Origin: Escherichia coli
GTDB lineage: Bacteria; Pseudomonadota; Gammaproteobacteria; Enterobacterales; Enterobacteriaceae
DNA: 64,000 nt
NCBI RefSeq assembly: GCF_001677475.2
Contig: NZ_CP015229.1
Strand: one strand, 5' to 3'
Below are positions 1 to 10,500 of the stretch, piece by piece; position 1 is the first letter of the stretch, and the number at the start of each line of letters is the position of its first letter. The notes below the pieces were generated by a model that worked only from the letters and a program-made list of their open reading frames with translations, was not told the DNA's origin and did no database searches. The translations under genes were made by a program, and so were the position numbers.

Positions 1-290
1 AGCGGATCAATACAGGGCTGGTCAGGGAGAGCAAACAGGGGAAGTTTTACGCCAAATTTAATGCCGGAGCATTGTTGCGTGGCGACATGAAATCCCGCTT
101 TGAAGCGTATGCCACGGGGATCAACTGGGGTATTTATTCCCCTAATGACTGCCGTGATCTGGAAGATATGAATCCCCGACCGGGCGGTGATGTGTATCTG
201 ACACCGATGAACATGACCACCAGTCCCTCTGCTGGCGATGACAACGGTAAGAAAAAGGAGAGTGGAGATGCAGACAAAACAGCGTCTTGA
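1..290 (+). CDS. Phage portal protein, C-terminal end (5' part outside window)
   Basis: Open frame running in from the window edge and ending just upstream of, and overlapping, the prohead protease start. Position matches HK97-type portal-protease-capsid order; the family call rests on synteny more than on recognised motifs. Confidence 0.5.
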   Translation, partial: RINTGLVRESKQGKFYAKFNAGALLRGDMKSRFEAYATGINWGIYSPNDCRDLEDMNPRPGGDVYLTPMNMTTSPSAGDDNGKKKESGDADKTAS

Positions 291-918
291 TATACCGCTG
301 AACCTGAAATCCGTCAGTGATTCTGGTGAGTTTGAAGGTTACGGCTCTGTTTTTGGTGTTAAGGACAGCCACGATGATGTGGTGATCCCCGGAGCCTTTA
401 CCACAACACTCCAGAAATGGAGCGAAAAAAAGGCGCTGCCTGCGTTGCTCTGGCAGCACCGTATGGATGAGCCCATCGGTGTGTACACCGAAATGAAAGA
501 AGATGATGTCGGGCTTTATGTCAGGGGGCGATTACTCGTTGATGATGATCCCCTGGCAAAACGTGCACATGCCCATATGAAGGCCGGTTCTTTAACCGGC
601 CTTTCTATTGGCTACATCCTGAAAGACTGGGAGTACGACCGTGAAAAAGGGGTATTCCTGCTGAAAGAGATCGACCTGTGGGAGGTCAGTCTGGTGACGT
701 TTCCTTCCAATGATGAGGCACGCATCAGCGATGTGAAAAATGCGCTGGCGCGTGGGGAGATCCCTGAGCAGAAAATCATTGAGCGGGTCCTGCGCGATGT
801 TGGACTCTCGCGAACCCAGGCCAAAGCATTCATGGCAGGGGGATATGGCGCTTTATCCCTGCGTGATGCTGAGGATGTGGATGCCGCACTGAATGCACTG
901 AAAAATCTTAAATTTTAA
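268..918 (+). CDS. Phage prohead protease (HK97 family, peptidase U35-like)
   Basis: ORF 238..918 with probable start at ATG 268 (MQTKQRL) after GGAGAGTGGAG RBS. Sits directly upstream of the major capsid gene; sequence resembles HK97-type prohead proteases. Confidence 0.75.
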   Translation: MQTKQRLDIPLNLKSVSDSGEFEGYGSVFGVKDSHDDVVIPGAFTTTLQKWSEKKALPALLWQHRMDEPIGVYTEMKEDDVGLYVRGRLLVDDDPLAKRAHAHMKAGSLTGLSIGYILKDWEYDREKGVFLLKEIDLWEVSLVTFPSNDEARISDVKNALARGEIPEQKIIERVLRDVGLSRTQAKAFMAGGYGALSLRDAEDVDAALNALKNLKF

Positions 919-1779
919 CCAGGAGAAAAATAATGGCTGACATTAAAGATGTGGAGCAGGTCGCGCAGGAGTTGCAGCAGAAGTTTGACGATTTTAAGGC
1001 AAAAAACGACAAGCGCATTGACGCGATCGAACAGGAAAAAGGCAAGCTGGCCGAACAGGTGGAAAGCCTGAACGGGCAAATCAGCGAGCTGGAGAACCTG
1101 AAAAGCGACCTGGAAAAAGAGCTGGCAGACATCAAGCGTCCGGCAGGCGGCACGCAAAATAAAGTTGCCAGTGAACACAAAGAAGCGTTTATCGGATTTA
1201 TGCGCAAGGGGCGTGAAGACGGCCTGCGTGAGCTGGAGCGTAAGGCGCTGCAGGTGGGCAATGATGAAGATGGCGGTTATGCCATTCCGGAGGAACTGGA
1301 TCGCACCATTCTGACGCTACTGAAAGATGAGGTGGTGATGCGCCAGGAAGCCACCGTGATCACCCTCGGTGGCTCGGATTATAAAAAACTGGTGAATCTG
1401 GGCGGCACAGCGTCCGGATGGGTGGGGGAAACGGATGCACGTCCAGAAACCGCCACATCAAAACTGGGTCTGATTGAACCCTTTATGGGGGAAATCTACG
1501 GCAATCCGCAGGCCACCCAGAAAATGCTCGATGATGCTTTCTTCAATGTGGAAGACTGGATCAACAGTGAGCTGGCGCTGGAATTTGCCGAACAGGAAGA
1601 AATTGCCTTTACCAGTGGCGACGGCAGCAAAAAACCAAAAGGTTTTCTGGCTTACGAGTCCACCGATGAAGATGACAAGACCCGTGTATGAGACGACAAT
1701 AACTCAGTCCGCCTGGCGCCGATTATTCTGGCCGGTTTTGTAACCTGAGTGTCATTTACATGATCCAACAGGAAATGGC

Positions 1780-3279
1780 GTGACGCTCAATACTTCTCAG
1801 GTCAGTTACTATATGACTCAGCGTAAGAAAGGTATAACTCAGCATATCTCGGCCATGAAGGCTGGTATCTCAGTCCGTTCTGGTCGTCGGATCGAAAAAG
1901 GAGAGTGGGCAAAAAACAGTGTTCGGCACTGGCGCACACGCAAAGATCCTCTGGAAGCTGTGTGGGACAGCATGCTTGTTCCTCTGTTGAAAGAGAGGCC
2001 GGCTCTGACACCAACAACTCTACTGGAGATGCTACAGGATAAATATCCCGGCCAGTACCCCAACAGCCTTCGAAGAACAATGCAACGGCGGGTTCGCGAA
2101 TGGAAACTACAGTATGGTACAGAGCAGGAGGTCATGTTCCGCCAGCAACATCAGCCCGGCCTGCGAGGCCTGTCGGACTTTACTGAACTGAAAGGTGTAG
2201 TTGTCACCATCGCCGGTAAGTTGTTGGCGCATAAGTTGTATCACTTCCGTCTGGAATGGAGCCACTGGAGCTGGATGCGGGTTGTTCTGGGTGGTGAGAG
2301 CTTCTCTGCTCTGGCTGAAGGCCTGCAGGAAGCCCTCGGACAACTGGGCGGAGTGCCGGTAGAACATAAAACGGACAGCCTGAGGGCAGCATGGAAACAA
2401 CAGGGCGAAGATGGACGCCGCGAGCTGACTGAGCGTTATGCTACTCTCTGTCAGCACTACGGAATGCAGGGCGTACACAATAATGCCGGTCGGGGCCACG
2501 AAAATGGCTCGGTTGAAAGTGCCCACGGACATCTGAAAAGGCGTATCTGTCAGGCGCTGATACTGCGGGGCAGTAACGACTTCAGCACCATAGAAGAATA
2601 TCAGGCCTTCATCACTCAGCAGGTTATGCGGCACAACCGTAACAATCAGGATCTGGTCAAGGAAGAACGTCTTCATCTGAAACCGCTGCCGCTTCGTCGC
2701 AGTGCTGACTATGATGAGCTGACTGTGAGGGTTAGTCGCAGCAGTACCATCAATGTGAAGCACGTCGTCTACAGCGTACCTTCCCGGCTTGTAGGTCAAC
2801 TGTTACGGGTCAGGTTATGGGACGATCGTCTGAGCTGTTACGTTGGCAGCAGCGAGGTCATGAGCTGCCCTCGCGTCAGACCAGAAAAAGGGAAGACGCG
2901 GGCCCGTCGTATCGACTTCCGACATGTGATCGACAGTCTGGCAAAAAAGCCCGGTGCGTTCTGCCATGCAACGCTGAGAAATGACATCCTGCCGGACGAT
3001 GAATGGCGGAGGCTGTGGCGTCGCTTATGTAATCATCTGGAGCCCGATATGGCAGGAAGGCTGATGGTACATGCCCTGAAACTGGCTGCAGGATACGACG
3101 ATATCTCAGTCGTGGCAAAAGGTATGGAGCAGATGCTGAATACCCCGGGAAACGTGGATCTGCACCGGCTGATGCGCTTCCTGGGTATAAAAGAAAAGGC
3201 GTTGCCGGTAGTCAATGTGATACAGCATAACCTGAGCAGTTATGAGCAACTACTGCGTGGCAAGGGAGGTTCGCAGTGA
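1780..3279 (+). CDS. istA: IS21-family transposase IstA
   Basis: 499-aa ORF directly upstream of and overlapping the IstB-like gene; GTG start at 1780, alternative ATG at 1813. Confidence 0.75.
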   Translation: MTLNTSQVSYYMTQRKKGITQHISAMKAGISVRSGRRIEKGEWAKNSVRHWRTRKDPLEAVWDSMLVPLLKERPALTPTTLLEMLQDKYPGQYPNSLRRTMQRRVREWKLQYGTEQEVMFRQQHQPGLRGLSDFTELKGVVVTIAGKLLAHKLYHFRLEWSHWSWMRVVLGGESFSALAEGLQEALGQLGGVPVEHKTDSLRAAWKQQGEDGRRELTERYATLCQHYGMQGVHNNAGRGHENGSVESAHGHLKRRICQALILRGSNDFSTIEEYQAFITQQVMRHNRNNQDLVKEERLHLKPLPLRRSADYDELTVRVSRSSTINVKHVVYSVPSRLVGQLLRVRLWDDRLSCYVGSSEVMSCPRVRPEKGKTRARRIDFRHVIDSLAKKPGAFCHATLRNDILPDDEWRRLWRRLCNHLEPDMAGRLMVHALKLAAGYDDISVVAKGMEQMLNTPGNVDLHRLMRFLGIKEKALPVVNVIQHNLSSYEQLLRGKGGSQ

Positions 3280-4031
3280 GCAATATCCATCACCTTGAAC
3301 ATAGCCTGCGTAAACTACGCCTGACACGAGTTGGAGCTGAATGGCACGCTCTGGAAAAACGAGCGCTGGCAGAAGGCTGGACACCATCGCGCTATCTTCT
3401 GACGCTATGCAATGAAGAACTCCTGTGGCGCGAGAGTGAAAAACTGCGTCGTTATAAAAAGGAGGCCCGGTTGCCAGTTGCCAAAACGCTGAGCGAATAC
3501 GACTTCAGTCAGGTGCCGGAACTGAATGGAGCTCAGTTCCGGCAACTCTGTGAAACGACAGACTGGGTTGATGCAGGAGAAAACGTTCTGCTGTTCGGAG
3601 CCAGCGGGTTGGGGAAAAGCCATCTGGCGGCAGCGATCGTGGATGGCGTAGTAGGTCAGGGCTACCGGGCCCGGTTCTACAGCGCAGGAGAGCTGTTGCA
3701 GGAACTACGTAAAGCCAGAGCTCAGTTGAAACTGAATGAGCTGCTACTGAAACTGGATCGCTACCGGGTGATAGTGGTGGATGATCTTGGCTATGTCAAA
3801 CGCGATAGTGCCGAAACGGGTGTGCTGTTCGAGTTAATAGCGCATCGCTATGAACGTGGGAGCCTGGTGATAACCAGTAACCATCCGTTCAGCATGTGGG
3901 GCAGCATCTTCGTGGATGAGACTATGGCGGTGGCTGCGGCAGACAGGCTGATCCATCACGGATATATGTTCGAACTGAAAGGGGAAAGCTACAGGAAAAA
4001 GACAGCGAAGGCAGTAACAAGCGCGACTTGA
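3276..4031 (+). CDS. istB: IS21-family helper ATPase IstB
   Basis: 251-aa ORF with P-loop GASGLGKSHLAAA and a DnaA/IstB-like AAA+ layout (Walker B-like VIVVDDLGY). Confidence 0.85.
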   Translation: MSNIHHLEHSLRKLRLTRVGAEWHALEKRALAEGWTPSRYLLTLCNEELLWRESEKLRRYKKEARLPVAKTLSEYDFSQVPELNGAQFRQLCETTDWVDAGENVLLFGASGLGKSHLAAAIVDGVVGQGYRARFYSAGELLQELRKARAQLKLNELLLKLDRYRVIVVDDLGYVKRDSAETGVLFELIAHRYERGSLVITSNHPFSMWGSIFVDETMAVAAADRLIHHGYMFELKGESYRKKTAKAVTSAT

Positions 4032-4616
4032 TGTCGCCCTGAAGGGTGCGGCCAGTATAGTTGGCGCGAGTCGGCAAAACTAGTTGACGTCTAATACCCG
4101 TGCGTTTGGCAAACTTCAGCACATTGCTTCCGGTGCGGCTTCCGGCGTGACTACCGATGCGATCATTAAACTGATTTACACCCTGCGCAAGGCGCACCGC
4201 AGCGGCGCGAAGTTCATGATGAACAACAGCAGCCTGTTTGTCATTCGTCTGCTGAAGGATAACGACGGAAATTATCTGTGGCGTCCGGGTATTGAGCTGG
4301 GGCAGCCTTCTTCACTGGCGGGGTATGGCATCGTTGAGAATGAGCAGATGCCGGATATTGCTGCCGATGCAAAAGCTATTGCGTTTGGTAACTTCAAACG
4401 CGGCTATACCATCGTTGACCGCATCGGTACCCGTATCCTGCGCGATCCGTACACCAACAAACCGTTTGTGGGCTTTTATACCACCAAACGAACCGGCGGT
4501 ATGCTGGTGGATTCTCAGGCGATTAAGCTGATGAAGATCGGTGCTGCAACCCGCCAGAAAGCCGCTGAGTAATGCAGTTTTTTATGCCCGCACAGTATTG
4601 CGGGCAGGAGTTTCTG

Positions 4617-4934
4617 ATGGCAGCAATAGTGGAAAAACTCAGGGCGCAGTGCCGTATTGATACAGATGATGCAACTGATGATGAGTTACTGATGCTGTAT
4701 TTCCGGGCTGCCTGCCGCAAGGCAGAAAATTTTATCAACCGTAAGCTTTATGAGGAGACGGTGCCGGAGGGGGATCCAGAAGGGGTGCTTATAGCTGATG
4801 ATGTTTTGCTGGCGCTTATGTTGCTGGTCGGACACTGGTACGAAAACAGGGAAAATTCCTCAGATGTCAGCAAGGCACCAATCCCGTTTGGTTTTTCTTC
4901 TCTGCTGGAGCCTTATCGTTTTATTCCTTTGTAG
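4617..4934 (+). CDS. Head-tail connector / DNA-packaging protein (phage gp6-like)
   Basis: ORF 4572..4934 with probable start at ATG 4617 after AGGAG; small acidic protein directly downstream of the capsid gene. Confidence 0.6.
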   Translation: MAAIVEKLRAQCRIDTDDATDDELLMLYFRAACRKAENFINRKLYEETVPEGDPEGVLIADDVLLALMLLVGHWYENRENSSDVSKAPIPFGFSSLLEPYRFIPL

Positions 4935-4942
4935 GAGGAACC

Positions 4943-5281
4943 ATGCAGGCGGGCAGATTACGTGATCGCGTAATTATTCTGAATGTCACCACCGCCCGCT
5001 CTCCGTCAGGGCATCCGGTGGAGACGGTGACGGAGGGAGCTACCGTATGGGCAGAAGTTAAGGGTATCAGCGGGAGGGAGATAATCTCAGGCGGAGCAGA
5101 AACCGCTCAGGCTACGGTCAGAGTCTGGATGAGATTCCGGCGCGATGTGACAGCGACTTCACGTCTGAAAGTGCTGACCGGTGCATTTAAAGGGGCAATT
5201 CTGGGTATAGAAGGTCCACCAATACCGGATGCACGCGCTACCCGGCTTGAAATACTCTGCAGCCTGAAGGGGAATGTGTGA
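4943..5281 (+). CDS. Head-tail adaptor / head closure protein
   Basis: 112-aa ORF following the gp6-like gene with RBS AGGAGG; conserved position in HK97-like head modules. Confidence 0.6.
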   Translation: MQAGRLRDRVIILNVTTARSPSGHPVETVTEGATVWAEVKGISGREIISGGAETAQATVRVWMRFRRDVTATSRLKVLTGAFKGAILGIEGPPIPDARATRLEILCSLKGNV

Positions 5282-5727
5282 TGGATTTCAGTCTTGATTT
5301 TTCAGGTCTGGCGGATATTGCACGGGATCTGGAGACGCTCAGCAGGGCAGAAAACAATAAGGTACTGCGCGATGCCACCCGTGCCGGTGCTGAAGTTATG
5401 CGGGATGCAGTTGCTGAACGTGCGCCGGAGCGAACCGGGAAACTGAAGAAAAATGTGGTTGTTCTCACTCAGCGTTCAAAGCGTCGGGGGGAAATTATCT
5501 CGGGTGTCCACATTCGTGGACGGAACCCGCGAACCGGAAACAGTGATAACAGCATGAAAGCCAGCGATCCCCGAAATGCGTTTTACTGGCGCTTTGTGGA
5601 GCTGGGAACGATAAACATGCCCGCGCATCCGTTCATTCGCCCGGCATTCGACACGACAGAGGAACTGGCAGCACAGATTGCCATACAGCGAATGAATCAG
5701 GCTATTGATGAGGTCTTAAGTAAATGA
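5278..5727 (+). CDS. HK97 gp10-like phage protein (tail completion / neck)
   Basis: 149-aa ORF with ATGA start/stop overlap to the upstream gene; N-terminal MMDFSLDFSGLADI resembles the HK97 gp10 family. Confidence 0.6.
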   Translation: MMDFSLDFSGLADIARDLETLSRAENNKVLRDATRAGAEVMRDAVAERAPERTGKLKKNVVVLTQRSKRRGEIISGVHIRGRNPRTGNSDNSMKASDPRNAFYWRFVELGTINMPAHPFIRPAFDTTEELAAQIAIQRMNQAIDEVLSK

Positions 5728-6068
5728 GGGAGACCGCACTGTATTCCCTGCTGTCTCAACTGGCCGGAGGACAGGTTTATCCTTATGTGGTCCCGCTGAC
5801 GGAGGGAAAGCCTGCGGTATCTCCGCCGTGGCTGGTGTTTTCTGTGGTGTCTGACACGGCGTCTGATGTGCTTGATGGTCAGGCTGAATCAAGAATTACC
5901 GTGCAGATCGATGTCTGGGCAACAGTACCTGATGACGCAGATGATATCCGTGAGCAGGCGCTTGATGCGGTAAGGCAACTTGCACCCTCCGTTATTTCTA
6001 AAACTCAGGGTTATGATCCTGATTCCCGTCTGAGCAGAGCCACGCTTGAATTTCAGGTAATAGCCTGA
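5724..6068 (+). CDS. Tail terminator / DUF3168-like tail component
   Basis: 114-aa ORF, translationally coupled, located just before the major tail protein gene. Confidence 0.5.
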   Translation: MRETALYSLLSQLAGGQVYPYVVPLTEGKPAVSPPWLVFSVVSDTASDVLDGQAESRITVQIDVWATVPDDADDIREQALDAVRQLAPSVISKTQGYDPDSRLSRATLEFQVIA

Positions 6069-6127
6069 GGTCGTTAATGATTTTACCCACCCGCCGCTGG
6101 CGGGTTTTTTATTTTCAGGAGACGAGT

Positions 6128-6832
6128 ATGTCCTCTAATTTTGAGCGTTCGCAACTGACGAAAATTATGATTTCGTCTGCACCGGTAACAGCAGAAACCT
6201 TGGATTCTGCCAGCTATCTTGGCCTGAGCTGTACAATCAAAGAGGTGCAGTTTACCGCAGGACAAAAGCAGGATATTGATGTCACCACGCTGTGTTCTGT
6301 TGAGCAGGAACATATTAACGGCCTTGGTGCCGCGTCAGAGATTTCCATGTCAGGCAACTTTTACCTCAATGCTGCCCAGAACGCGTTGCGCAGTGCCTAT
6401 GACAATGACACCACGTATGGCTTTAAAGTTATTTTTCCGTCAGGCAACGGATTTACCTTTATGGCAGAGGTGCGTCAGCATACCTGGTCTGCAGGAACCA
6501 ATGGTGTTGTGGCTGCAACGTTTTCCCTGCGCCTGAAAGGTAAACCTGTGCTGACGACAGAGCCGCTGAAAGTGAAGGTCGATTTAAACAGCACGCTGCA
6601 GGTTTCTGCCGGAGCAAAACTCGAAATGGTGGTTGAGGCTGCCGGTGGTGTGCCGCCTTATTCTTATGTCTGGAAGAAAGGTGGTTCTCCTGTTTCCGGA
6701 CAGACGGCGGCAACGTTCAGTAAGGCATCAGCAGCATCCGGTGATGCCGGTGCGTATACCTGCGAGATTTCTGATTCAGCAAGCCCTGTTAACAAGGTGA
6801 CCTCCACTTCCTGCACTGTTACCGTCAGTTAA
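6128..6832 (+). CDS. Major tail protein with C-terminal Ig-like (Big_2-like) domain
   Basis: ORF 6077..6832 with probable start at ATG 6128 after AGGAGACGAG. The C-terminus has an Ig-like decoration domain as in lambda gpV. Confidence 0.7.
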   Translation: MSSNFERSQLTKIMISSAPVTAETLDSASYLGLSCTIKEVQFTAGQKQDIDVTTLCSVEQEHINGLGAASEISMSGNFYLNAAQNALRSAYDNDTTYGFKVIFPSGNGFTFMAEVRQHTWSAGTNGVVAATFSLRLKGKPVLTTEPLKVKVDLNSTLQVSAGAKLEMVVEAAGGVPPYSYVWKKGGSPVSGQTAATFSKASAASGDAGAYTCEISDSASPVNKVTSTSCTVTVS

Positions 6833-7218
6833 TGAGGATAGATGTGATGACTAAAAATATCCGTAATCTGGCACTGGCAACGATGTCGGGGTTTCGTCAT
6901 AAAACCGTTGATGTGCCTGAATGGGAAGGAGCAACGGTTGTGTTACGGGAACCTTCTGCAGAAGCCTGGTTGCGCTGGCAGGAGATCGTTAAAGCCAGGG
7001 AAGATGATACATCGCCATCCGTTGCAGAGCGTGCCCGCCGAAATCTTGAGGCGGACGTTGAACTGTTCATTGATGTTCTGTGTGATACCGGGCTGCAACC
7101 CGTATTTTCAGAGGATGATCGTGAACAGGTGATTGCCGTGTATGGCCCGGTGCATGCCCGACTTCTTCGCCAGTCTCTGGAACTGATCAGTGGTGCCGGA
7201 GAGGTTAAAAAAAAGTAG
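6832..7218 (+). CDS. Tail assembly chaperone (gpG-like)
   Basis: Lies between the major tail and tape measure genes and ends ...GEVKKK* on an A-run. Alternative start ATG 6847 has a better RBS (GAGGA). Confidence 0.75.
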   Translation: MRIDVMTKNIRNLALATMSGFRHKTVDVPEWEGATVVLREPSAEAWLRWQEIVKAREDDTSPSVAERARRNLEADVELFIDVLCDTGLQPVFSEDDREQVIAVYGPVHARLLRQSLELISGAGEVKKK

Positions 7219-7520
7219 CGCTTCCGGGGATGCGTTTTCTGATGATGCTGGCGCTCAGGATGGGGCGCACATTGTCAGAGTTACGCCGGGAAATGTCCGC
7301 ATCAGAAATCATGATGTGGGCAGAATTTGACAGGTTCAGCCCGCTGGGGGACGAACGGGCTGATATCCGGGCTGCCCAGATTGTTTCAGCTGTTTACGGT
7401 GCGCAGGGAGTCAAAGTGCCACTGAATGATGCACTTCTTCAGTGGGAGAAGGAGCAGACAGAAGGTGCCTCAGATCCATTTGCCGGAATGGAAAACGCGC
7501 TTTTAATAGTGTCTCAGTGA
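7209..7520 (+). CDS. Tail assembly chaperone -1 frameshift extension (gpT-like part of the G-T fusion)
   Basis: The -1 frame is open from 7209 through the ORF 7230..7520 and is entered at the slippery heptamer A AAA AAG (7209-7215). Confidence 0.7.
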   Translation, partial: KKVALPGMRFLMMLALRMGRTLSELRREMSASEIMMWAEFDRFSPLGDERADIRAAQIVSAVYGAQGVKVPLNDALLQWEKEQTEGASDPFAGMENALLIVSQ

Positions 7521-7560
7521 GTCAACATAACCGCTTCGGCGGTTTTTTTTCGTCCGGAGA

Positions 7561-10500
7561 ATGAGTGTGGCGACATTACGTGAACTGATTATTAAAATCT
7601 CGGCAAACTCCCGGTCCTTCCAGTCGGAGATCGCCCGGGCTTCGCGTATGGGGCAGGATTACTACCGCACCATGCAGAACGGAGGCCGACAATCCGCTGC
7701 TGCATCACGTGAAATGCGGCGTGCACTGGCAGAAGTGACGGATCAGATAAATACGGCGAAGTCTTCGGCACTGAATATGGCGGGGGCATTTGCCGGGGCT
7801 TTTGCCACCGGACATCTTATTTCCCTTGCTGATGAGTGGAATTCAGTAAATGCCCGTCTGAAACAGGCTACGCAATCCAGTGATGATTTTCAGGCATCAC
7901 AACGTGAATTAATGGCAATCAGCCAGAGAACGGGGACGGCTTTTTCAGATAACGCCAGTCTTTTTGCCCGCTCTGCTGCTTCCATGCGGGAGTATGGCTA
8001 CAGTTCTGAGGAGGTACTGAAAGTCACCGAGGCGATCTCCACGGGCCTGAAATTATCCGGTGCCAGTACAGCAGAAGCCAGTTCGGTGATCACGCAGTTC
8101 AGCCAGGCACTGGCGCAGGGAGTGCTGCGCGGTGAAGAGTTTAACGCCGTGAATGAGAGCGGTGATCGTGTTATTCGTGCGCTGGCTGCGGGAATGGGCG
8201 TTGCCCGTAAGGATCTGAAGGCTATGGCGGATGATGGAAAGCTGACCGCCGATAAGGTTGTTCCTGCGTTGATTAGTCAGCTTGGGGCGTTGCGTGATGA
8301 ATATGCAGCAATGCCTGATACGGTTTCATCCTCTGCAACCAAAGTTGAAAACGCCTTTATGGCCTGGGTTGGTGGTGCGAACGAGGCAAGCGGAGTGACG
8401 AAGACGCTTTCCGGAGTGCTGAATGGTGTTGCAGGCAATATTGATACCGTTGCAACCGCTGCCGGTGCTCTGGTTGCCGTCGGGGTAGCCCGATATTTGG
8501 GCAATATGGCGTCTTCTGCTGGAGCTGCAACTGCCGGATTAATTACCGCAGCCAGAAACGAAGTGGCTCTTGCGGAAGCGCAGCTCCGGGGAACACAGAT
8601 AGCAACAGCCAGGGCGCGTGCGGCGGTTTATCGTGCGCAACAGGCGGTTGCGGCTACCCGTGGTACTGAAAGGCAGGCAGCCGCAGAAGCGAAACTGGCT
8701 GCTGCCCAGGCGTCACTTACCCGTAATATTGCGGCCAGAACAGCAGCACAGACAACGCTGAATACTGTCACGTCAGTGGGGAGTCGTCTGTTAAGTGGGG
8801 CACTGGGGCTGGTTGGTGGTGTGCCGGGGCTTGTCATGCTGGGGGCTGCGGCCTGGTACACGATGTATCAGAATCAGGAGCAGGCCAGAGAATCTGCACG
8901 CCAGTATGCCGCAACAATCGACGAAATTCGCCAGAAAACGTCGGCAATGTCGCTTACTGAAGCGTCAGATAATGAGGAAAAGACGCGACAGGCACTGAAG
9001 GAGCAGAACAGGTTAATTGACGAGCAGAAAAGTAAGATTAAATCCTTACAGGAAAAAATTGCTGGCTATCAGTATGTGCTGGCAAACCCGGGCTGGACAA
9101 CCGATAACGGTTTTATGATTAACCACATGACGTCGGTAAAAACTGTCACAGAAGGGCTTGCAGAAGCAACAAATCAACTGGCAGTTGAACAGTCTCGCCT
9201 CACTCAAATGCAGGGCAAAGCGCAATCCATTCAGGATGTGCTTGCCGGGCTGGAGGAGCGACGGGTGGCGTTGATCCGTCAACAGGCGGCGGAACAAAAT
9301 AAAGCGTATCAGTCCCTGTTGATCATGAATGGGCAGCATACCGAGTTTAATCGTCTTCTCGGGCTTGGTAATGAGTTACTTCAGCAGCGTCAGGGGCTGG
9401 TGAATGTACCATTACGACTGCCACAGGCCACCCTGGATGATAAACAGCAGAATGCGCTGAATAACAGCGAGCGCGAACTGGCTCTGTCCCGCCTGAAGGG
9501 GGAAGCCCGTGAGCGTGCCCGACTGGGTTATGCTGCGGATGATCTCGGCTTTGTGGGAGAGGCGTATCAGACAGCCAGACAGAATTATATCAATAACTCA
9601 CTGGATGCCTGGCGAAATAACCAGGCAAATAAACCCAAAGCGCATAAAAAGACCGAAGCGGAAAAAACAGAAGATATTTATAAACGGCTGATTAAACAGC
9701 AGAAAGAGCAGATAGCACTGGCAGGGCAGAATACTGAACTGGCTAAGATGAAATATCAGGTCAGTCAGGGCGAATTATCAACCCTGTCAGAAGCGCAGAA
9801 AAAAACGCTTTTGCAGAATGCAGCACTCATCGACCAGAAAAAGATTCGTGAGCAGCTTGCTGCGTATGAGAGCAGTCTGGCGGACAGTAATGCCAGTGCC
9901 CGGGCATCTGACGAAGCGCAGTTGCTGGGATATGGTGAAGGCTCACGGATGCGTGAACGACTCCAGGAAATGTGGAGTATCCGGCAGACGTTTGAGCAGA
10001 AAAATAACGAGCTGCTGAGACAGTATCAGGCCGGAGAAATTGAAGAAGCCCTGTGGAAACAGGAGAAAGAACTGAATAAAAAATATCTGGAAGAGCGTCT
10101 CGGCGATCAGCAGGATTATTATGCAAAGGCTGATGCTTTACGCAGTAACTGGAATGCCGGACTCCAGGAGGGACTGACCAACTGGGCAGACAGTGCCACC
10201 GATTATGCTTCACAGGCGGCAGATGCTGTCGTTTCCACGATGGACGGGCTGGTATCAAATATTTCCGATGCACTGGCCGGAAATGTTGTGGACTGGAGAA
10301 ACTGGGGGAGTTCAATTCTCCAGGAAGTTTCAAAAATTCTGATGAACGCTGCCATCGTTAACGGGCTGAAGTCACTTTCCAAAAGCATGTCCGGTGCCGG
10401 AGGATGGCTTGGTACGGTCGGCGACTGGCTTTCCGGTGCAGTGGCAAACGCAAAAGGTGGTGTTTATACATCGGCAAATCTGAGTGCTTACAGTAACACC

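Larger units (their letters stand above)
1687..4095 (+). mobile_element. IS21-family insertion sequence (istA + istB), about 2.4 kb, flanked by 7-bp direct repeat ACCCGTG (1680-1686 and 4096-4102)
   Basis: Two overlapping ORFs: a transposase followed by an IstB-like ATPase with Walker A GASGLGKSH. Imperfect terminal inverted repeats are visible at both ends. The left border is ambiguous by 1-2 bp because TG matches the repeat. Confidence 0.8.
933..4572 (+). pseudogene. Major capsid protein gene (HK97 fold family) interrupted by an IS21-family insertion; N-terminal fragment 933..1686, C-terminal fragment 4096..4572
   Basis: N-terminal ORF ends ...DEDDKTRV* right at the IS border. The C-terminal ORF continues in frame as TRAFGKLQHIASG... 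Removing 1687..4095 and one copy of the 7-bp duplication gives a continuous ORF ...DKTRAFGK... Confidence 0.8.

Noticed and set aside
1474-1743. 89-aa alternative-frame ORF across the capsid/IS junction
   Set aside because: Overlaps the capsid N-terminal fragment in another frame and crosses the IS border; an artefact.
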